A DNA stretch of 63,741 nt, counting the filler, from Choristocarpus tenellus KU-1152 (lineage: Eukaryota > Protista > Phaeophyceae), in NCBI GenBank assembly GCA_964200185.2. It is 13 parts of 13 records of this genome, joined end to end, with 100 filler letters (N's around TTAATTAATTAA, not from the genome) between each part and the next. Parts side by side here need not be neighbours in the genome. Positions count along the whole stretch, not along the records: positions 12,840 to 21,863 come from CAXNAD020004072.1; positions 21,964 to 35,599 come from CAXNAD020001427.1; 11 more parts are not named here. One strand, written 5' to 3'. The translations under genes and the position numbers were made by a program. Below, piece by piece: positions 12,840 through 23,824 of this stretch (the first letter of the stretch is position 1; every line of letters starts with the position of its first letter). The notes under the pieces were generated by a model. It was not told the origin of the DNA, searched no databases, and saw nothing but the letters and a program-made list of their open reading frames with translations.

Positions 12840-13211
12840 ACCTAAAACATCTTATTGTGTACACTCCCCATTCTGCACACTTGCCATGAAAATGGAAGTA
12901 AAAGACGTCAGATTGGTTACATTCTCACACACATCACATTTATCATGTCAACGCAATAAAAGAGCACTGATTGCTTGAACTCAAACACACGTCATTCATC
13001 TAGTCAACACAGTGTCTACGAACTCTCAAACCTAAAACATCTTATTGTGTACACTCCCCATTCTGCACACTTGCCTTGAAAATGGAAGTAAAAGACGTCA
13101 GATTGGTTACATTCTCACACACATCACATTTATCTTGTCAACGCAATAAAAGAACACTGATTGCTTGGACTCAAACATACGTCATTCATCTAGTCAACAC
13201 AGTGTCTACGA
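12840..13211. repeat. 190-bp tandem duplication (2 near-identical units) at the 3' side of the Copia derivative
   Basis: acctaaaacatcttattgtgtacactcccc... starts at 12840 and again at 13030. Confidence 0.95.
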
Positions 13212-14386
13212 AGTCTTGTACCTGTTTCTTTAGATGCATCAACACAGTGATGTACAATCGTGTCCCATGATGACCCCTCGCTTAGTTTATGGTCAAACAT
13301 TTTAACCAGCCCCTTTTTGCTGTTTCTCTTGTTGGACGTAGCACTCACACTCCCCCAGGCTTGAGGCCTATAATAATTGAATGTCTTGTACATCCTCTTG
13401 TTGAGTGAAGTCCTGTGCCACCAAACATTCCTCGCCAGGGTGCTTCTGATATGGAAGATGGTTCTTGATGATCTGGAGTAGATATTATTTACTTCCCAGA
13501 CTTACAAATCTTGTACAGGCAGCCCTTTCCCGACAAGCTTCCTCTGGTTTTCGTTTCTGACTCCAACCCTGGTCCAGCTAATTCCTCCGCTTGTTAAGAT
13601 GGTGTCGCTTTCCTCTGGCGACAATCGATTTGAAGGTTTCCTTTACCTCCACAGTTGTAGCATATTCCTTCAAAAGAACAAGGACCAATATGCTTGATCA
13701 GTCCACAGTTTAAACATCTTCTGTTGGTCCTGATCTGGTTTCTGTTAGGGGATCTTGTTGTAATATGGTCCGTACGTTGACCAGTTGTACCTTGGTCGCC
13801 TCATCCGCCGACCTTCTGTGTTCTCTTCCATGAGTTTATGGTCCCAGTGGCTAGAGTGCTCCCAGGCTCCCCATGGTTAGCTCCTCCTTTCCTTTCTGGT
13901 GGAGGCTTAGTTACTGCTCCTGCTAATGTCCTGCTCCCCTAGTGGCAGGTACAGCAATTGCTTTTCTCATTCCGTAAGCAAGAATCTTGGGGTCTCCAAT
14001 CGATGGGCATGCCTCCTTCAGGGACAAGTGTTGTGACGACTGCTCTAGCTCCATAGGCAGATTGTTGTGGCTCAGGCTCAGGATCTGGCTCTGGCTCAGG
14101 CTCTGGCTCAGGCTCAGGCTCAGGCTCAGGCTGCATTGCCTCGATTAACTCCGTCATCTTGTCCCAGGGTCCCACTGCTCAATATTCGGCATGGCATACC
14201 AGGTACCCAAAGTATCTTCTTCACCTCCAGTTCTTGCTTGTTCTCGTTCGTACTATATCTAATGTCTCCTTAGCCTCCAGCTTCCATTTGTGTCGAAGGT
14301 GCAGGTCCACTTTGTTGGGATGACGATGATGATACTATTGCCCGTTTCAGCTTCCTGTAGCTTATATCGGGTCTTGTGATGACCTC

Positions 14387-14484
14387 CACGGGGATCTCGT
14401 CCTCCGCAGGTCCTCTGTTGAGCTGCACGGGGATCTCGTCCTCCGCAGGTCCTCTGTTGAGCTGCACGGGGATCTCGTCCTCCG
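14387..14484. repeat. 39-bp tandem repeat, about 2.5 units
   Basis: cacggggatctcgtcctccgcaggtcctctgttgagctg repeated. Confidence 0.92.
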
Positions 14485-14735
14485 TGCGTCCTTTGTTGAT
14501 TCCTCTTCGCAGTTCCAGTGTGATATTCGTTCCTGTTCCGTTAATGTCTCCATGAGTTCAGGACGACGTATCTTCGCCGCACAATGTCTTATAGACCCTT
14601 TCGCTGGCATAAACCACCAGATATAATCTCCATGTTGTCCAAGTCTCCACTGATCGTGCTGGTGCTCCAGTTCAGTTAGGCAAATTCTTCATGTCGTTCG
14701 GGCCCATCACCTGCTCCTTTTCTTCATACTACTTA

Positions 14736-14746
14736 GGCTCATAACC
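14736..14746 (-). promoter_or_regulatory. Primer-binding site of the copia type (internal/half tRNA-iMet primer)
   Basis: GGTTATGAGCC immediately follows a CA LTR terminus and resembles the GGTTATGGGCCC PBS of copia-clade elements. Confidence 0.7.
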
Positions 14747-15044
14747 TGTGCAAATTACCTTGGGAGGTAATGCTATTTGTTAGTAGTGAAGATAAGAAGG
14801 TGTGAAGCCTCACACGTCCCCCTTTGCTGAACGTGATTACAGTGTTGTAATTGGAAGAGTGACCTTGTCTGGTCTCTTCTCATTGCTTCTATATTATTTA
14901 TTTGTGCTTCCTAAGTCAACGGTTATGTCAAAGTAGTTGAATGCGGAATAAATACCAATACATAATCCCATTCATAATCCGGATGTACTATTNNNNNNNN
15001 NNCAATTCAACACAATAATGTCATATACACAAAATAAGGTACAC

Positions 15045-18000
15045 CTCACTATTGTCCTATTTTACACAGTTAGGAAGTGTCAGTATCCTTGTTCTGGACA
15101 CACCCGGATGTGAGCCGACCAGTGAAGAACCTGTGCATGAACTTGATTCCACTGAGGTTTGGGACACGTGGGTCGTGTCGTCCCGCACGGTCGATCTTGT
15201 AAGATGGAAGGTGGACTATCTCCTGTGTGCGGAACGTGTCAATGTATACAAGTTTCGTATACGTGCTACTGTGCTATCTGTCGTCCTTGTCAGTCCAATC
15301 TTAAGGGTTGTGGTGATTGTGCGTATAAGGGGAGGGGTGGTACGTGTTGGAATCAGTGTCGGCACTGAAGCAGTGTGCTGTGACCGATTTGATGTGATGG
15401 TATTTTGTTTGGAGTGATATGTGCTACCTATTGCTATAACGAGTGTTTGGTAATGATGGATGGCAGTGTCTGATGAAACCCAAAACTTGGAGTTTTGGGT
15501 TAGTTTGCCGATTGGCAGACTTCTGAAAAATAGAGGGCGATGGTTGCAAGTGCGCACGGACTCTGTGCGGTCGATTAGGAAGTGTGTATGAGCGATCATC
15601 ACGTTAATTGTATTGTTGCGCCTGCCAGATGGTGGTGTTGTGATGAAGGAAGAAGCTCTTATCGAAGTTTGCAAATATGACTTTTAGGAATGTAGGGAAT
15701 CTCTCAGTCCTTGGAAACAGCACCTGCATCGGATGGGCCAGGTAGTCACGTATCGAGTGTTGTTGCTGGTGATAGGTCGTGGTAATTCAGGCTTTGTTGT
15801 GGTGTAATCGATTATATTCGGTGCTGTGGGAGGGAGCATCTGCTCGTTGTTTGACGAATACCTCGTAACACATTCAATGTATACAGTAATTATTTGTCGA
15901 AGGAAACTGTCGCTCACCTTTCGCCTCCGGCTGTGTTTGTCCGTAGACCCTGTGGCGTCTTCGTCATCGTTCTCCTTGGTTCTGTTTCTCCTGAAGTCGG
16001 GGGCAGACTCTCCCACCATGCACTTAGCGATAATCAAATCGTCGATCATGAGATTGTCGGCCCTCAGTTCTGCATATTTTGCCTTGATAATCTGAATCAT
16101 GTCATCTTTGGTGGTCCTGCTTGGGGTGGCAATACCAAGTCTACATGACAGCGCCTGTGTGGCAGTGTAGACGGGCATAGAGATTTATTGCAGCATTGGC
16201 GTGTGGTCTGGATGTGAGCATGGGGATATGGTCGATTAGTAGGTAGGGTGCCATGTCGATCCTGGACCCGGCGTGAGGGTGGAACTGGACAGGTTCGTGT
16301 TCCAATTCTAACTAGTTGGTGAGTGCTTCGATAAGGCACACCTTTATCTCCTGGCAAGTCTCTCGTTGCAGGTCCACCTCCACCACCGAGGTGTATGCGT
16401 GGACGAACTCGTTCCATGTGACAGGGGTGCTGTGAGAGTCCAACATACAATGGCACTTCCACATCTGATGAGATTTCCAGTTACACCTGTCACATGTACC
16501 GTCGACACATGAATTTTTTAAACTGCCCAAGGAACCGCCAGAGGACGGTTCGCTGAGGGGCTCCAGCATGGTCCTCTTGCATCTGTTTTGTTTTGATTAG
16601 TCCACGAGCGGTTTTTGTTGTCAGTGTAGAGGTTTGAATAGCGGATCGAACGTCACTAGTGGAGTCCGGCTGTCGCTGCCACATATTTAGAGGACGTAGT
16701 GAAACGGTTTGAGGGCGAGTACGTTGGTGTGTATCTACAGTGGTCTCATTATTTTGGATACCATTCCAGCTCGTTGCAATAACACATTCGCCACGTTGTG
16801 GGTGTGGTTTGGCATAGAAACTTACAAGAGGAAGGCCATTAAATGATCACCTCTTTCCAGTGCGGTCTCCACCTCTTCAGACCCGCATCCTTTACCTTTG
16901 TCGCAGAATGCGCCTATGCATGCGCAAGTGCGTTGTCCATCATCGCCAAAGAATATCCTCGCATGTACTTTCTTCCAGTTCTCTCTTAGGTACTGAACCT
17001 GGAGGTCGGTGGTCATGTGGTGAATGCAAACGCACGATCTGTGTTGCGTGGAAGAGTGAAGGGAGGGATATGATGGGTTAGCACCCGTTGTGTGTGGACA
17101 CAGATGATGTAGTATGTGACTGGGTACCCTGTGGCGGTTAGGAAACACAGACATACCCAATCATCACTGTAGCGTATGTCCTAAAAATGGAAAGACTACT
17201 TCCGCACACACCTTGGCGTGATCTTTGTGTTGTAGAACGATTTCCACTTCACGAATGTCGACAGACAGGGCATTGGTCCTGACGTCCCCTCCTGTTCGAA
17301 TCTCTTCCTGAAGTTGGTGTAGACATCCTCACCTGTTTCAATCTGTGGGTTATGGTTAGTGTTGTCACGTCGGTTGCACCATGTGTACGTAGTGAAATGT
17401 CAAAGTTTTGTTTGTCGAGGATGAACATGTTACATTGATTTATCCATGTGGTGTCGAGGGTGGATATGCGCAATATTTGTGAGGATGACACTTGCTGGTG
17501 TAGAGTATCTCTGAGCGTGCTGTTGGCACAGTGCATCCGGGCGGCAAACTCTCTTGTTCGTACGTGGGTCTAAGTAGTGGATTCCCTGAGTGGAACCATG
17601 AGATGTGACCGGATCGTGGGGCATAGCAGTGCTGTTGCTCTCCCATATGATGATACCGAGAACCTGTGCATCAGGATGCTGTACATCGAACTGTCGCGAG
17701 AAGCTATCCCTTCCCACGTCGAATACCCTTGGTCTGCCGTTTTGTCTGATGCGACGATGGGAGATGTGGGGCGTGTGTCAGTTGTGCACCAGGATATTGG
17801 GATCATCCAGACATCTATTAGTGATGAAATTGCTTTGGACATGCAGTGGACGTGTTCGCTCGGGGGTCAAGCTGTGTGTGTCACACCATTGATGTTGGAT
17901 GAGAACGAACTTCCATACCTGTGGGCAGTGCCTTGAGGAGAGTAGTGAGGGGCGTGGCGTGAGTGTCAGATATGGGAGACGATCCACCAGTGTCATCTGC

Positions 18001-18529
18001 AGTCAATGCGGAGGGGCTCGCCTGGCGCCACATGTCTCGCATGAATTCCATGCGTTTTTTGGCGGATGACCTTTGTGTGTCGATGTTGATGTCGTATTTT
18101 CTTACTGTCACGGACAGAAGGGGTTGAAACGTCGATGTCACCCCGCCATCGCCTATTTCAACATCAGGAGCAATGCTGACGAGGATGGATTTGTATACCT
18201 GGCGGGTATGCTCGGTGCTAAGATCTTTCTTCACACATTCTAGGAATGACTTGACCTGGAGATCAGGCTTGGACTCGCGTTGTTCCCGAGCCAGCACAAC
18301 TTGCAGCGCACTCGCCAATGGTGCAAATTTGCTTTTCTCACCCAACAACCAAGAGGCAAGGTCGTTCCAAGTGCGGCCACTTCCTTCCATCTCTTCTGGA
18401 CCATCGTGGTTGACAAACATGGAGAGGAAGAGGTCCATGATCTGGTTCGTTTTGGATTTTTTCCACGAAAGAGCGGCACTGGTCTTGGGCAGTCTCTTTA
18501 GTCCCCGTTTCCTGAGTGGGTTTGTTTCC
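15045..18529 (-). pseudogene. Decayed, intron-containing Sola2-like DNA transposase gene. Approximate exons 18529-17919, ~17813-17491, 17333-17213, 17038-16826, 16583-~16315, ~16140-15860, 15723-15603, 15521-~15430, 15222-15045
   Basis: Spliced peptides: DVYTNFRKRFEQEGTSGPMPCLSTFVKWKSFYNTKITPR|SCVCIHHMTT; HLMAFLL|CKR...KNSCVDGTCDRC...PVTWNEF; FPTFLKVIFANFDKSFFLHHNTTIWQAQQY; SLPIG...FWVSSDTAIHHYQTLVI; IDR...VPNLSGIKFMHRF...S*LCKIG. This follows the motif order I recall for Sola2-type transposases. The DFxEN, SDG and DG catalytic blocks are missing, and there are several in-frame stops. Confidence 0.62.
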
Positions 18530-19139
18530 CTTTGACATCAGTGATGGATCTTCATGATGCGAACATAGGTAATAGTGCATCTTTCTTCGGGGGAAGGTGC
18601 TTACACAATGTTTGGTCATGAAGTGTTCCACGGAAAACGGCCATGTTGGATGACACCCCACTTTGAACGCACGGAGAAGGGTGTGTTTGATACATCAAGA
18701 ACCGAAACCGCCCCGATTAGAATATCCTGAAAAGGTGTGCATTGCATATTCAGTCAATTGCGCGAGCCACATAAAAAAGGTATCGAGAACGTACGATGAA
18801 GAATGTAGGACGAAGTGAATAAGGGTAGTTTGTCGAACGGTAGAATGTATGTTTGATCTGAATTGTTTTTGGGAAACATTTGACAGGTGCATGGTGGGTG
18901 TCGCCCCTGTCACTATTGGCGCATGTATGTGCCACAATTGATGTGTTCTGTTGAACGGTAAACTAATGTGTACGATGGATTTTGTGGTGGAAGGGATACT
19001 GAACGTTTCATGTGATGTCGGTCAACACATATCCCCACATGCACATACCATCGTATGTGCCCCTTTCTCTATGGGGGATATGAGATTGCGATTGAGTTTT
19101 GTGGTAAGTCGAGGACGATGGTTTGGAGGCGTGCGACTG

Positions 19140-19400
19140 CAAGAGGTTAGTATGTGGACAGCCGCAACTTTTGCCAGAATTTGTCGTATGGTAAAGTATG
19201 GCGAAATTGACTTGAGGCGTATAGCTTGAAAAATTTCGTGTATGGACCGCTGCAACTCTCGCCACACTTTGTTGTAGGACAACGTACGGCAAGAATGAGA
19301 TGATGCATGTGGCTTGATAAGTTGGTATGTGGAGAGCCGCAATTTTTGCCATACTTTGTCAAACGGTAAAGTATGGCAAAAATCACATGAGGCGAGCAGA
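19140..19400 (-). repeat. Three diverged ~90-bp tandem units encoding a 30-aa peptide repeat
   Basis: DFCHTLPFDKVWQKLRLSTYQL / HSCRTLSYNKVWRELQRSIHEI / QFRHTLPYDKFWQKLRLSTY*P. Confidence 0.7.
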
Positions 19401-20944
19401 TGAAGGAAGTGTGAAACATGACTTGGTATAATTTCATTATCGTGTACGGGTGAGAGACGGTGTCGGGGTTAGGGCATAGGGTTAGGGTTGGGACAGGTGC
19501 TAGGGTTGGGATCGGAAACAGAAACCGGAAGGAACATGGTTTGGTTCCGATAATTATTTCAGAATGCGGGTGTCGGAGAACAAGAATGTCGTCGATAGGT
19601 TTCGTTCTGTGCTTAATGGGAGCACGTGTGCGTCGCCGATTCGGAACTACAGTGGAACTAGTGAACACCACATCTCTCTGATTTCGATGGAAATGTGTGT
19701 TTTGGAAGGATATGGTGACCACATGCTTCGCTATGCCTAGTCTTCAAGCGCTAATCCTTCCTTCAGGTAATTGCAGAACACACAGGCTACATTGGAGTGT
19801 GTCTCACTGCGACGGAGGACTGGTCTTGCCTTTGGGAAGTCCTGGGGTCTACCCTTCCGGAGTCCACGAGTTCATTCCCGTTGTTAGCGAGATACCCTAG
19901 TGGCTGGCGGGTCGTCATCGTACATCTGCGGTGCGATGGATGTGGTCCCCTTGAAGAACTGTGACAACAATTCCTCTATATTGTCCAGACCCGTTGTTTG
20001 TTGTCGAGAGAGTGAGGGAGTGTGGGGTTTGTCGCGTATGTGGTTTGGCGCAAGTTTTTTTGTTATCCACTATAATATGTAATTCTACAAAACTGAAACT
20101 ATATAAAAAAAAGATGTCAACTCAAGTTTTGACCCTCTCGCACTAATGAAGAATTAGCGCATGGAGAGTTACATATATATACACCTTTATATATGTATTT
20201 ATTCTAGTTCAACGACATCGTATGCATGCATAGAAAAATTCCTTTTATTAAATGTCCTTTTTTATTCCCGACGAAAAGGAACACCCCAACTGGCTTGTTC
20301 ATAACCACAAAATATATACTATTATTTAATAGGAGTACAAAATTCCATAAAAACGGTTGTTCTTGTATGGACTATTGTGAAGTTGTTATACAACCGAAAA
20401 AATAATAGCTTAAGAGAACCATCACTTCTTGGTCAAGAGAAGATAGGTGTGCATCCCTTCCATGAGAATCGGGCTCGTCTGTGACTATCCCTGTGCACTG
20501 TACGTGACGCTGAATACTGGGCATGTAGGAAGATAAAAAGACGACAAGACTTTCACTTCGTGCAAGGTGATCAGGTTCGTATGGCTGGAGGATGATGTGA
20601 ACCGACCGCGACATGCCATCCTCTCTGGGCCTGACACGATGCGCAAAATATTTTCTCTCTCTCTTTCTGTGTGTTTCTCCTGTCCCATTTCCAATGTGCC
20701 CACCCGATGCAGAAATCCTCCGATTAACTTAGCGGCTTAGTCCAACCACCGAACACCGCAATGTTTCCAAAGGGAACCAGAAGGTGAGTCCCCATGCAAG
20801 AAACGTTCACCTTTCGTGCAGCCTGCACTGGAGCGTCTCTGAATGGCCAACTTTGCAAACACACCGTCATGATTTAGCGCCGTTGGCGGGTGTTGCGGGT
20901 ATCGTCCGTTCACGTAGCACGTATTAGCATGTGGCTGAGATGAT

Positions 20945-21709
20945 AGTGTACACACGACCTGTCAATGCTGGTAACACCAGCATTGTCAAATTCAATACCC
21001 TGTATCTGTTACCTTCACAACCGTGTACACACCACCTGTCAATGGTGATACCAGCATTTTCAGATTCGATGTCTGCTTTATCTCAACGCCACCCCACATG
21101 GTTCATACCAATGAGGGACAAAATTTGGTGGTGGTGAGACACCACCTGTCAATGCTGGTGATGATACCAGCATTTTCAAATCCAGTACCCCGTATTTGTA
21201 ACCTTTACAACCGTGTACACACTACCTGTCAATGGTGGTGAAACCAGCATTTTTAGATTCGATGCCCTGTAATTATTTGCATGTCCAACCGTGTACACAC
21301 CACCTGTCAATGGTGGTGATACTAGCATTTTTAGATTCGATGCCCTGTAATTATTTGCTTTTCCAATCGTGTACACACGACCTGTCAATGCTGGTAACAA
21401 CAGCATTTTTAGATTCGATGCCCTGTAATGATTCATGTGTCCAACTATGTACACACCACCTGTCAATGTTGGTAACACCGGCATTTTCAGATTCGATGCC
21501 CTGTAATTATTTGCGTTTCCAAGCGTGTACGCACCACCTGTCAATGCTGGTAACACCAGCATTTTCAAATTCAGTACCCTATATTTGTAACAGTTACAAC
21601 CGTATGCACACCACCTGTCAATGGTGGTGATACCAGCATTTTTAGATTCGATACCCTGTAATTATTTACGTTTCCAACCGTGTACACACCACCTGTCAAT
21701 GCTGGTAAC
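20945..21709. repeat. Minisatellite, about 9-10 units of 77-78 bp
   Basis: Unit ccgtgtacacaccacctgtcaatggtggtgataccagcatttttagattcgatgccctgtaattatttgc..tccaa; for example gtgtacacac recurs at 21291 and 21369. Confidence 0.95.
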
Positions 21710-21710
21710 A

Positions 21711-21863
21711 GACCCAAAGTATGTGTGTGGGGGGGTCTACACCAGAGTGTCCATTTGAACCAAAACCAGGAAAAGTGCACTTTCATTATCCATCCAACGT
21801 ATGGAACCAAATCACCCAACAATCGCGACATGGAAAAATTGGCCCCAAATGGACAGCCGCCAC
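21711..21863. mobile_element. MITE family A copy, truncated at the contig end
   Basis: cccaaagtatgt...gggtctacaccagagtgtccat...aatcgcgacatggaaaaattggccccaaatggacagccgcc. Confidence 0.85.
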
Positions 21864-21963
21864 NNNNNNNNNNNNNNNNNNNNNNNNNNNNNNNNNNNNN
21901 NNNNNNNTTAATTAATTAANNNNNNNNNNNNNNNNNNNNNNNNNNNNNNNNNNNNNNNNNNNN

Positions 21964-22165
21964 ACAGCAGATTTCAAAAATTGAGGATGGAGCTTTTCAT
22001 TGAGGACGAGCTTGACCCAAACTTGACTGGGATAAAGTGTCGATATGTTTTTTTTTGTATTGTCATTTAAAAAAATATACATATCGACACTTTATCCCGG
22101 TCATTTTTGGATCAAACTCATCCTCAATGAAAAGCTACATCCTCAATTTTTGAAATCTGCTGTTC
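21964..22165. mobile_element. Foldback/palindromic MITE (family D), ~85-bp inverted arms; partial copies at 43251-43312 and 55946-56013
   Basis: acagcagatttcaaaaattgaggatg...gataaagtgtcgatatgt is mirrored by acatatcgacactttatc...catcctcaatttttgaaatctgctgt. Confidence 0.88.
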
Positions 22166-22237
22166 GATCCTGAGTGGTGGATAGGAAAGATCAGGATCTA
22201 TCTGTTAAAATACGGAAGTCTCGGTACGATCTTCATA

Positions 22238-22562
22238 ATATTACAACACGCTCCAGAACTTACCTCCACAACAGGATGTGTAGCTCTAATCCAATGACCT
22301 TTAAACGACGCTACTACTGGGGTATTTCCACAGTTGATAACCACTTGCGGTGTCAGCCACTCTTCTCTCGGTGCTTCACTCAGTGCTTAACAGCATCATC
22401 CACCCCATTTCTACAGACTATAAGTTAAAAAGACATCTGCAAGCTGTTGTATACGTACTCAAATTACACATCTCTTCTGTAACTCCTATGTACTACGAAT
22501 CTTGTATACTACTCGCGCTTGCTAGAACGCGAGAAGAAACGCTCGCGCTATTTGCCTGTAAC
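22238..22562 (-). mobile_element. Diverged copy of family C (TGTTACAGG-ended element)
   Basis: Ends cctgtaaca. The internal gacctttaaacgacgctac...gataaccac..cggtgtcagc matches 47540-47600 in reverse. Confidence 0.7.
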
Positions 22563-23570
22563 AGATCCTGGCGTTTCACGGATAGGAGGTACGCCTTTCG
22601 CTTGTACAGGAGTCCTACTGGTTGCACAGTGGCGCCCAGAAGTTGAGTCGTCTATTTTTGGGTTGCAAAATCAGTGGCACAATAATCTCGACCAGATGAC
22701 GTCCAATGAAGCGACGGATTCTTGCACGTGGTAGCTGAGAACTTCAAAATATGTACTATAAGGATGTATTCCGTTATTATTCAAAGTCGTTCACGAGGTA
22801 TTCCATGCATTCCAGCACAGGGGGGTATCACCATCGGGTTCTGAGGACTTTGCGACAGGGTGGATCATGGTGAAGCTCAAGCCTCCCATCTCAATCTGTC
22901 AACGCTGAGTGGTGCATTGTAAAGACCCGGATCCTTGTTTCACAGGTATACTTCTCATCTGGAGGGTAGTCATAACGATTGTACAGTACTGCTTAGAAAT
23001 TGAGAGGTTGGTTTAGAGAATTAGAAATTGAGAGGTTGACCTATTGGGCTGGAAATAATCTTATCCTGATGACATCTAAGGAAGAAATCAACGGATTCTT
23101 CTGTGTGGTAGGTACAATCTAACTGTGCGTGGTGTCCGCAGTCTCACATTCATACAGTTTAAAGCCATTAACTAAATACAAGTGGACCTTCACAGGGGTA
23201 TCGCAATTAATCGAGGTTCTGAGGCGTTCGCATCAGGTTGAATCGTTAGGAAGTGAAAGTTCAGAAAGAACGTAGGTACAGGGCCGAATTCATCAAAAAA
23301 AGGGCAGGAAGGCAAAGGCTGAGTAGCTAGTGTTGAGTGAAGCTGCCAAATGTGCCCGGATGTAGATGTTAAAGCAGAATACAAGATGCCAGAGGAGGAT
23401 AAGGCGAGTAAGAATGAGGACAGAGAACCTCATTGCTCCCTGGGACTGAGGATGACATTCCCCATGTGCTACGAGATGGAGGAGGATGCAGATGAGAATG
23501 ATGAAGAGCAGAAGGAGGGTGTGGACAAAGAGATGGGTAGGCATCCTGTGTAGGGATAAAAAGAAATAGT

Positions 23571-23824
23571 TCGTCAAAGTGAACGAGAGGCACCTAGAGT
23601 TGCATTTTAAGGATACCAGCAAATATGTGCAAAATTCGGCGTTTTTCAATTGTTTTAAAGATATTTTCCAAAGTGTGTTGAAAACTCCCAAACAATGGAG
23701 AAATCATACCCACTCGCGTCAAACTTAGCACTTAATCGATAGAAATATGAGTGGATTGCAAAAGATTTAATAACTGGCTAATAATGCAAAACGTCCAAAA
23801 ACCAGGTACCTCTTGTTTAGACTC
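23571..23824. mobile_element. MITE family E copy (diverged)
   Basis: gtcaaagtgaacgagaggcacctagagttgcatttt...ggtacctcttgtttagactc is colinear with 46158-46384. Confidence 0.78.

Larger units (their letters stand above)
13212..14992 (-). mobile_element. Non-autonomous Ty1/Copia LTR retrotransposon derivative: 5' LTR (14747 to at least 14992), PBS, protease-tail fragment, (EP)n run, gag zinc knuckles
   Basis: The minus strand reads ...ttgcaCA|GGTTATGAGCC. Peptides: G*GDIRYS...LEVKKILWVPGMPCRILSSGTL (Copia protease C-terminal VLxVP...LS motif), CLNCGLIKHIGPC and CYNCGGKGNLQIDC. Many stops and frameshifts. Confidence 0.7.

Noticed and set aside
12840-13211. 190-bp direct repeat as an LTR pair
   Set aside because: The units are adjacent and lack TG...CA ends. 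The actual LTR/PBS junction is at 14746/14747.
7978-19150. Alternative genetic code (TAA/TAG = Gln), suggested by in-frame TAR codons at 7978, 9161, 17570, 16312 and 19147
   Set aside because: These occur only in genes that also carry frameshifts or deletions. No intact host exon here (CNOT2, DDAH, SET, sulfotransferase, O-FucT) has an in-frame TAR, and an in-frame TGA occurs elsewhere. Decay explains it better.
20945-21709. CRISPR-like array
   Set aside because: The units are similar along their whole length with no unique spacers, the context is eukaryotic, and no cas genes are seen.
23350-23553. Acidic 67-aa ORF as a gene
   Set aside because: No recognisable domain or convincing exon chain.
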